Source: Promethearchaeota archaeon (GTDB lineage: Archaea > Asgardarchaeota > Lokiarchaeia > Sigyniarchaeales > SOKP01). From it: a stretch of 11,924 bases of DNA. Position 1 is the first letter of the stretch. The number at the start of each line of letters is the position of its first letter. The notes under the pieces are model-generated. The model searched no databases. It was given only the letters and a program-made list of their open reading frames with translations, and had not been told where the DNA came from. Location: positions 1 to 11,924 of the forward strand of contig JAHLWH010000040.1 of NCBI GenBank assembly GCA_019058015.1. The letters are read 5' to 3'. Positions 1 through 6,706 of this stretch are shown here, in pieces. The translations under genes were made by a program, and so were the position numbers.

Positions 1-77
1 TCACACCCCGTCTTACGATATTCATTATCGGATAGTGGGATCGGCGATGCGTCTTCGATACAGCAACTACTTTTGCT

Positions 78-779
78 GTGAATATTATAAAAGGTGACTT
101 GGGGGAAAAATTATATCATAAGAAGTTTCATTTAGATGTATCACTATCAATAGGGATGGAAAATCATCAATTAATTGAAAAAATAGCCACGCAAGATTTT
201 GATGAAAAAAGGAAAAAGTCTCCGGATGTTCCAATACTCATTTCAGAGCCCCCAATTTATCCTAATAGTAAAAAGTGTTGCGATAATGCATTTAAAAATG
301 ATAAAAAATATCTGCAAAAACTTCTAAAAGATAAAATTGCTAAAGAATTAAGAATTGATCCTAATGAATTAGACCATATTAAAGTTGTGCTTTTTGATTA
401 TACCACTTGGTTACACAAAGTTAACATCATAGATAAGATTGAAAAATATCAGCATTCCAAAATTATGTTATTCATTGTCGGAACGTATTGGTTTCAAAAT
501 TGGATTAGTCGAGTTAAGAGACTCCCCAAAGATAAAAAAATTAAATATCCCGAAAATATTCGAATTATTAAATGGGATCTTTTTGCCGATTTGTTAAATT
601 TAAGTGATGATAATCGGAAGCGACTTAAGGAAATTATTAAATTAACTAGATTAAGAGATTTAGAAACCTTGAGAAAAATTAACGAGCAAAATAATTATAA
701 ATTGCACATCCTAAAAAAATCAAAAACTAGAAAAAAAAGGGCTAAAAATAATTTGGATGCATTTTTAAAGAAAATTTAA
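78..779 (+). CDS. Hypothetical Lys-rich protein, possibly a divergent PD-(D/E)xK nuclease-like domain; start uncertain
   Basis: 233-aa ORF from GTG78 (in-frame TAG at 33-35 limits upstream extension); AT-rich coding-like composition; ISE..IYP...DN...FDYT spacing only loosely resembles a restriction-endonuclease-like fold. Confidence 0.5.
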   Translation: MNIIKGDLGEKLYHKKFHLDVSLSIGMENHQLIEKIATQDFDEKRKKSPDVPILISEPPIYPNSKKCCDNAFKNDKKYLQKLLKDKIAKELRIDPNELDHIKVVLFDYTTWLHKVNIIDKIEKYQHSKIMLFIVGTYWFQNWISRVKRLPKDKKIKYPENIRIIKWDLFADLLNLSDDNRKRLKEIIKLTRLRDLETLRKINEQNNYKLHILKKSKTRKKRAKNNLDAFLKKI

Positions 780-833
780 AAAATTTATATTTTTGTATGC
801 TCGATTATATTGAGAGTTTATAATCTCCGATAA

Positions 834-965
834 GTTTACTTTAAATTAAGCCTTTTAAATCGGGCTATTCCTGTTTATGAATCTATAGAATTAGCGGGGA
901 AAGTATTAGATTATCTGAATACTTATAGGGAATTCCTTCAAAATCACAATAAGTTTCCAAAGTAA
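834..965 (+). pseudogene. Probable 3' remnant of an ADP-forming acyl-CoA synthetase (CoA-binding/ligase) gene
   Basis: Frame reads VYFKLSLLNRAIPVYESIELAGKVLDYLNTYREFLQNHNKFPK-TAA(963-965), resembling the C-terminal GIPVY.S.E.A..AL..L..Y..F segment of ACD/acetate-CoA ligase alpha subunits; in-frame TAA at 831-833 and no start codon. Confidence 0.45.
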
Positions 966-984
966 ATTAATACAATCTCTATGT

Positions 985-1038
985 TTAAAAGAAAATTAAA
1001 AAATAAAAAAAGAAAAATTAAAAATTATCTAGATTATT
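985..1038 (-). terminator. U-rich tract downstream of hdrB, candidate archaeal terminator
   Basis: Several A runs on + (T runs on -) directly after the hdrB stop. Confidence 0.35.
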
Positions 1039-1908
1039 TTAACCAATCTTTTCTAAAATATCGCTTACTCTAGTTCTATGAAATTTAGTTCCCAACTCAT
1101 CTGCTGGAATGCCCATTCCAAGAGCAATTAATTCAGAAATGTACAATATTGGGATTTTAAATTCCTCCTCGAATTTCTTAGATAAATCTCTCTGTTTTCC
1201 ATCAAATTGTTGAAAACACGCAGGACAATTAACAACCAAGCAATCAGCACCTGCTTTTTTCATGGCATCCATCTTTTTCTTCAAGATTGCCATGCCATGA
1301 TCCTCATACGCATTTGAAACTGATGAGCCACAACATAATGTTTCTTCTCCATAATCAACTACTGTTGCCCCACAAGCAGCAACAATCTCTTTAAGATCTA
1401 TTGGATGCATAGGATCGTCAGTTTCCATAACCTCAGAAGGACGCATATAGTGACAGCCAGGATGGCACGCGACTTTTAAACCTGATAATGGTTTCACTGT
1501 GTAACTTTTAATCTTTTCTAATTCATCTTTAAGCACACTAACAAAGTGCTTTACGTCAATAGTTCCTTTATATTCCTTCCCGATTTTTGATAATTCTTTA
1601 TTAATTTTGTCCTTTTTCAAATTATCATGTTTTAATGTATGATTAACTAGTTTTAATGTATTTGAACAGCCATTACAAAGAGAGATAATATCTTTTCCTT
1701 CAGATTCGGCTAATGCCAAATTACGAGCGCCTATTGCTAACCATCCATCATTATCAAAATTTGCAAAACCGGTTGGGTCAGGACAACACGAGAACGGAGC
1801 CTGAGAAGTTGCTATACCTAATTTATCAAAAACTTTTCTACAAGATGCTTCAATAAAAGGGATCCTATTACCAATCATACAACCTTCAAACATTTTAAAC
1901 TCTGCCAT
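1039..1908 (-). CDS. hdrB: Heterodisulfide reductase subunit B
   Basis: Two CCG domains: GC..., SCCPDP, LCNGC and HPGCH, CCGS, NCPACFQQFD; IPILYISELIALGMG C-terminus; adjacent to hdrC. Confidence 0.93.
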   Translation of the reverse strand: MAEFKMFEGCMIGNRIPFIEASCRKVFDKLGIATSQAPFSCCPDPTGFANFDNDGWLAIGARNLALAESEGKDIISLCNGCSNTLKLVNHTLKHDNLKKDKINKELSKIGKEYKGTIDVKHFVSVLKDELEKIKSYTVKPLSGLKVACHPGCHYMRPSEVMETDDPMHPIDLKEIVAACGATVVDYGEETLCCGSSVSNAYEDHGMAILKKKMDAMKKAGADCLVVNCPACFQQFDGKQRDLSKKFEEEFKIPILYISELIALGMGIPADELGTKFHRTRVSDILEKIG

Positions 1909-1914
1909 TTTTCT

Positions 1915-2409
1915 TTACTCTCCTTTTAATTTCTTATCTATTCCCATATTTTTCAATAATGTAGTAAGTTCATTTATATCAGGTGCAGCGACCGTTGGTA
2001 ATCCAAGTTGCTCACGTCGTCTTTCTATAGCAGGTTGAGATGGAACTGCTTTAGCATTTTCAAAAATTGTCTTTGCTTGGAGATAATAAAAATCTGGCGC
2101 ATCTCCATTAGCAACGCTATGATTCTTTAATAATTTGAAAATCTCGGTTAATTCGATACTCTGTGGGCACACTTCATCGCATGTATCACAAACTGTACAA
2201 CCCCATATAGCAATTTTTTCTGCTGAAAATATTGCATCTTTAAAGCCAAGCAATGCATTTAAAATATTTTGTCTTGGATTGTATGCATTATCAGTAACTT
2301 CGGCAACGGGGCAATTATCAGTGCATCGATTGCATTGATAACAATATTTGATTACACCGCTCATATGCATATCAAGAACTTGCTTTCTAAATTCAAAATC
2401 TGTTGCCAT
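1915..2409 (-). CDS. hdrC: Heterodisulfide reductase subunit C (2x[4Fe-4S])
   Basis: CYQCNRCTDNCP and WGCTVCDTCDEVCP ferredoxin motifs, RREQLGLP C-terminal motif; ATG2409 preferred over ATG2442 because it follows GTGA at SD spacing and the extra 11 codons are low-complexity poly-A. Confidence 0.92.
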   Translation of the reverse strand: MATDFEFRKQVLDMHMSGVIKYCYQCNRCTDNCPVAEVTDNAYNPRQNILNALLGFKDAIFSAEKIAIWGCTVCDTCDEVCPQSIELTEIFKLLKNHSVANGDAPDFYYLQAKTIFENAKAVPSQPAIERRREQLGLPTVAAPDINELTTLLKNMGIDKKLKGE

Positions 2410-2477
2410 TTTTTTCACACACTTTTTTTTATTTTTTTCCATTTATTTATTGTTTATTGGCTTTTAACCCATGCAAG

Positions 2478-2525
2478 GGCAGTTATATCCAATCTATTGT
2501 TTTTATTGGACATTCATCCTAAACC
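2478..2525 (-). promoter_or_regulatory. Candidate SECIS element (eukaryote/Loki-like stem-loop) for vhuU
   Basis: Minus strand: GGUUUAGG-AUGA(2517-2514)-AUGUCCAAU(2513-2505)-loop AAAAACAAUAG-AUUGGAUAU(2493-2485)-AA-CUGCC; 9-bp stem with one G-U, apical adenines, about 80 nt downstream of the Sec UGA; the 3' core is AA rather than canonical GA. Confidence 0.62.
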
Positions 2526-2663
2526 AACATTCAATTCACGAGAGTAAATTTCTTTACCGTCCTCATTCACAACTGTGATGTGGGCGGCACACGATAGTCA
2601 ACAATCATAACATCGGACTATCATTTCTAAGAGATTTACCACTCCTTCAGGAATATCTTCCAT
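2514..2663 (-). CDS. vhuU: Selenoprotein VhuU: separately encoded C-terminal Ni-binding peptide of the [NiFeSe] hydrogenase (Sec at codon 22)
   Basis: Hand translation: MEDIPEGVVNLLEMIVRCYDC-U(TGA 2600-2598)-LSCAAHITVVNEDGKEIYSRELNVGLG-TGA(2516-2514); TGA sits at the first Ni-ligand position of the R.YD.CxxC..H motif; upstream vhuA lacks this motif; not in the ORF track. Confidence 0.93.
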
Positions 2664-2725
2664 ATTTTTCTTCACTTTTCTCCATTTATTTTAATTATTT
2701 AGAGTTAAAAAATCCTCTATAGTTT

Positions 2726-4033
2726 TTATTTTATCCAAGGGTCTGGCAATTTTAATCCATCTAATACTTTATCCTCAAACACCTGCTTAGCTACATGCAT
2801 CAACGACTTCTCGATACCAGCAATATTATGATTTGTTGCGACTAACAGATTTAATTTCTTACAAATCCCATCTGCATCAGACCATATATGATATAATAAT
2901 ATTCCTCGTGGTGCTTCTGTGATTGCTATTCCTTCTGCCTCTTTTGGCTCAATATCTAATGTCTTACAATCTGGATTACATATATCTGAATCCTCAAGAA
3001 GTCCCGCAATTACTTCAATTGCCTCAACTGTCTCAATTATTCTGGCCCAATGATAGGCAAACGTATGATGAATGGGATCAGTTCCAATCTTTGCTTTCAT
3101 AGCTTTCAAAGCCTCATCTGCTAGTGGAGTGGCCATTTTATCGGCGCAATTAGTCATTGCTAAACAATTAGCACGATATATTCCATCTGGATATCCAGCG
3201 GGCTTATAATATGTATGAGTTGCATATGAATGAGCTGGAACATGCTCTCCTATTACATCTAAATATTTATGAACATCATAATCCATTTTCTTACCATCTG
3301 GAGCAACAACACGAATATCTCCTTCATAAATATCATGAACTCCTTTATTAGTCATCCCAAGATAATAAGTTGGAACCACTCCCACATTTGCTATTACTTC
3401 CCAATAATCTTCTATAACCTTTAAGGCAATATCTACAGTTTTTTTTGTAAACTCAACTTGTTCAGGCACCATTTTTAGGAATTTTTGTCTAGCGTCCTCA
3501 TCCATTGGTTTTTTCATTCCTCCGACTATTGCTGCAATCGGATGTATAGATTTACCACCTACCTCTGCGCACAATTTTTGTCCGAAGTCCATCATCTTTA
3601 AAGCCATTGCCCCAACATCCGGCATTTTATTAATAACATGAACTACATTTCTTAAAGCTGGATCTGCAAATGGACCAACTAAAAAGTCTGGTGCAGCTAA
3701 AGCATAAAAATGTAGCAAATGCGAGGAATATTGTTTTGCATTTATCAACAATTTTCTCAATTTTAATGCAGGTGTTGGAATTTGAACATTCCAAGCGTCC
3801 TCAACAGCCTTAGTTGGAGTTAAATGATGAGGAATTGGACAAATACCGCAAATTCTAGTTGTAATTCTTGGAACATGCTCACAATAACGCCCTTCACAAA
3901 ACTTTTCAAAAAATCTAGTTGATGTAACATTAAATTGAGCATCTTTAACTTTTCCATCATCTCCAATAACGATCCTGAGTCCTCCGTGTCCCTCAAGGCG
4001 AGTTATTGGTTCTACTATTATTTCTTTTACCAT
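2726..4033 (-). CDS. vhuA: F420-non-reducing (group 3c) hydrogenase large subunit, split type lacking the C-terminal motif
   Basis: N-terminal EPITRLEGHG, RFFEKF, L1 motif RICGICPIPHH, EAPRG, LLVATNHN; ends at LPDPWIK without DPCxxC. Confidence 0.93.
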   Translation of the reverse strand: MVKEIIVEPITRLEGHGGLRIVIGDDGKVKDAQFNVTSTRFFEKFCEGRYCEHVPRITTRICGICPIPHHLTPTKAVEDAWNVQIPTPALKLRKLLINAKQYSSHLLHFYALAAPDFLVGPFADPALRNVVHVINKMPDVGAMALKMMDFGQKLCAEVGGKSIHPIAAIVGGMKKPMDEDARQKFLKMVPEQVEFTKKTVDIALKVIEDYWEVIANVGVVPTYYLGMTNKGVHDIYEGDIRVVAPDGKKMDYDVHKYLDVIGEHVPAHSYATHTYYKPAGYPDGIYRANCLAMTNCADKMATPLADEALKAMKAKIGTDPIHHTFAYHWARIIETVEAIEVIAGLLEDSDICNPDCKTLDIEPKEAEGIAITEAPRGILLYHIWSDADGICKKLNLLVATNHNIAGIEKSLMHVAKQVFEDKVLDGLKLPDPWIK

Positions 4034-4045
4034 TTATTATTAACC

Positions 4046-5353
4046 TCAATTAAAATCTCGATTTGATGCTAATGTAAATTTATTAAATGTTCCGATTGGG
4101 TCCTTTACTTGCATAAAAAATTCTTCCTTACTTAAATCTACATTGAAACTCTCTTTAATAGTTTTATAAAATCTTGTAGCTTGATCAGTTACCCATTCTG
4201 TTTGTCCATAGCATCCTGTGCAAGGTGTATTTACTTTGATACATAAACCTCCACAACCAGCTTTAGTTATTGGACCAACACATATATATCCTTGCTCTAT
4301 AAAGCAGTCTTCTTGATTTGGAAGACCTTCATAATCTCTTTTCACTTTTGTCATTGTTCCCTTTCCTACTATTCTAGGACATGTTTGACAAACATTTGAG
4401 ATCTCATGGAATTCAGGATGCTTTGCTAAGAATGCGAGTAAATTCGTTGCGATTTCAGTGGTAATTGATGGCATATTTGTTATTGGTGTATCTGGTTTTC
4501 CTCTTTTTTTAATTTGCTTTAAAATATCACTTGAGAGGTCAAATCCAGCCATTAATGGTATATTTAAGAATAAAGATAAGAATTCGAATAAATTCTTTTT
4601 ATCGCCACTACTAATATAATCAAGAGATTTTGTCATATCCAGTAGTTTTTGCACTTTCTCTGAAGTGTTTTTTGCTGGACCCATACATCCGACGCAAGGA
4701 TCACCTTTATTCGGACACTTTAAAGAACAGCCGATACTAGTAACTGGTCCATAACATAAAATTCCTTTATCTAATAAACAATTACTCTCTTTTAATACAC
4801 AATCTTCGCAGAAGGTCTTTTCATTCATCGGAAATCCTTTTTGTCCCAATAAGAATTGAACTGCTCCAACTATTTGCTCAGTTCTTGGAGGACAACCACT
4901 CAAGTAAGCATCTACCTTGATAATATCATCAACATTTACAACTTTATCTTTAAAACCTGGAACGTGTTGATCTGGAATTCTTTTAGTTGTTGCTGATTCA
5001 ACTTCCATGAATTTTCTATTTTGGACTTCTTCAATAGACCATTGATTTGCAAGTCCAGGAACACTGCCGTAGCAAGCACATGTACCAAAAGCAATAATAA
5101 TTTTACATTTTTCCCTAGTTAATTTAGTAAACTCTAAATCTTGTTTTGTACGAACTAAACCTTCAATAAAACCAACATCAACTTCTCCGTATTCTCTAGC
5201 TTCCAATGAGGCAAGTTTAAAATCCACAACTGTAGGCCAATATACAATCTCCAATGCTGGGAGTATATCAAGAAGACCTAAATGAGCATTAAGTAAGCTC
5301 TGATGACAGCCCCAACATGAACTCAATTGACTAAAACATACTTTTACTGCCAT
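4046..5353 (-). CDS. vhuG: F420-non-reducing hydrogenase small subunit (VhuG/MvhG) with duplicated C-terminal Fe-S domain
   Basis: SCWGC, EG.VR, FGTCACYGSVPGLAN, GCPP proximal-cluster motifs, followed by two copies of an 8-Cys module; 435 aa. Confidence 0.92.
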   Translation of the reverse strand: MAVKVCFSQLSSCWGCHQSLLNAHLGLLDILPALEIVYWPTVVDFKLASLEAREYGEVDVGFIEGLVRTKQDLEFTKLTREKCKIIIAFGTCACYGSVPGLANQWSIEEVQNRKFMEVESATTKRIPDQHVPGFKDKVVNVDDIIKVDAYLSGCPPRTEQIVGAVQFLLGQKGFPMNEKTFCEDCVLKESNCLLDKGILCYGPVTSIGCSLKCPNKGDPCVGCMGPAKNTSEKVQKLLDMTKSLDYISSGDKKNLFEFLSLFLNIPLMAGFDLSSDILKQIKKRGKPDTPITNMPSITTEIATNLLAFLAKHPEFHEISNVCQTCPRIVGKGTMTKVKRDYEGLPNQEDCFIEQGYICVGPITKAGCGGLCIKVNTPCTGCYGQTEWVTDQATRFYKTIKESFNVDLSKEEFFMQVKDPIGTFNKFTLASNRDFN

Positions 5354-5404
5354 TTTTTATCTACTTTTTGTATATGTTTTAAATTTAATTTTTTTAAAAA
5401 TTGA

Positions 5405-5435
5405 TAATTTTAGATTATATAAAATTTTATAAAAT
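5405..5435 (-). promoter_or_regulatory. Candidate TATA-box region of the vhu/hdr operon
   Basis: Minus strand ...ATAAAATTTTATATAA... about 65 nt upstream of the vhuG ATG; the region is extremely AT-rich, so specificity is low. Confidence 0.3.
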
Positions 5436-5599
5436 GTTAACTGTTAATTCTGATGATTTGAATAAATATTCATATAAGGAATTTTTGGTTTATTAAATTG
5501 GGTCAAAAATGTCTTTTTTTTTACAAAAATCTTAAAAAATAATATAAAATTATATAAAAAAATTTGCAAAAATTTGAATTTAATTTATTATTTTGAAAA

Positions 5600-6568
5600 T
5601 TATAAATTTAATAGAACTATTTTTGCTAATAGAGCATTTAATTGGATAGTTTCAGTTCCTCCCTGGCTTAGCCTATATTCAATTTCCGCTAAAATCTTTA
5701 TAATTTCAATCTTTTGTTCTTCCTGAACTTTCAAATTATAGACTTCCCGGTGCATTTGCCTAATTAAATTACTTCCAGATAGTCCGTATTCTCTAATTAA
5801 TTTGTCTAAAGTTAATTTAGCAAGTTGCAATTCCCCTTTTATTGAATAATTTAATATTTTTTTAATTTCTTCAGAGGGTACTTCTCCTGCTATTCTTAAT
5901 ATGATATCCTCATTAATATCATCGGATAAAGTGCTGCTTGATTGCAGGTAATTAATAGCCCTTCTTAAATCGCCTATACTTACTTTTATAAGTGCATTTA
6001 AACCGCTTTCGTCAATTTTAATATTTTCCTTAGCTACAATAAATTTTAATCTTTCCTTGATATCATTATCAGATAATTTTGAGAATCTAAATACAACTGC
6101 TCTTGATTGGATAGGAAGAATTATTTTATTTGAGTAATTACAAATCAGAATCATTCGACAATTTCTTGTATATTTCTCCATAGTTCTTCTCAATGCCTGT
6201 TGAGCTGGTGCAGTCATATTATCCGCTTCATCTAAAATTAGAATTTTAAAAGGGATATCTAGTGGAGGCTTAGCTTTCGCAAAATCCTTAATTATTGTTC
6301 TAATTACATTAATACCTCTTTCATCACTTGCGTTCAGCTCTAAAAATGTAATATTAGGAGTCATTTTTCTACCGTATATTTCTCTAACCATTACTAAAGC
6401 ACATGTAGTTTTACCCGTTCCGGCAGGTCCAGCAAATATCAAATGTGGCATTGCTTTATCTTTAATGAATTGTTTAAGACGAGATATAATTTCTGATTGA
6501 TTTACAACATCGGCCAATTTCATAGGCCTATATTGTTCCACCCAAGGTTTTCGTAATTTTTCAGCCAT
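5600..6568 (-). CDS. rfcS: Replication factor C small subunit
   Basis: PWVEQYRP, Walker A GPAGTGKTT, LELNASDERGI, Walker B ILDEAD, QQALRRTME, IQSR arginine finger, GDLRRAIN; no intein. Confidence 0.96.
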   Translation of the reverse strand: MAEKLRKPWVEQYRPMKLADVVNQSEIISRLKQFIKDKAMPHLIFAGPAGTGKTTCALVMVREIYGRKMTPNITFLELNASDERGINVIRTIIKDFAKAKPPLDIPFKILILDEADNMTAPAQQALRRTMEKYTRNCRMILICNYSNKIILPIQSRAVVFRFSKLSDNDIKERLKFIVAKENIKIDESGLNALIKVSIGDLRRAINYLQSSSTLSDDINEDIILRIAGEVPSEEIKKILNYSIKGELQLAKLTLDKLIREYGLSGSNLIRQMHREVYNLKVQEEQKIEIIKILAEIEYRLSQGGTETIQLNALLAKIVLLNL

Positions 6569-6706
6569 AATATATCAGATAAATAACTTAGAAAAATTAA
6601 ATAATAATTGTTAAAAATATTAGTTTCGTAGATTATATTTAATAAATCTTTAAAATTAATATAAAATTTTTTAATAATAATAATAAAAAATTTGAAAGAG
6701 AAAAAG

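Noticed and set aside
2135-2547. Plus-strand ORFs 2135..2338 and 2269..2547
   Set aside because: Antisense shadows of hdrC and the vhuU/SECIS region; no recognisable motifs
2700-2719. Small inverted repeat TAGAG/CTCTA between vhuA and vhuU as an alternative SECIS
   Set aside because: Only about 5 bp, with no AUGA/GA or GAA/A core
2726-4033. vhuA as a truncated pseudogene or frameshifted mvhA
   Set aside because: The missing motif is encoded intact 62 nt downstream with its own ATG and SD-like site, matching the known VhuA/VhuU split
4043-4048. C-terminal Sec-Gly in VhuG (TGA GGT TAA), like thioredoxin reductase
   Set aside because: No neighbouring Cys or redox motif, and GAGGT is explained as the vhuA ribosome-binding site; kept only as a back-up-stop observation
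5418-5431. 14-bp palindrome TATAAAATTTTATA as an operator
   Set aside because: All A/T in an almost pure AT intergenic region, so plausible by chance
6095-6115. SRA instead of the SRC motif in RfcS
   Set aside because: The arginine finger is retained; minor variation
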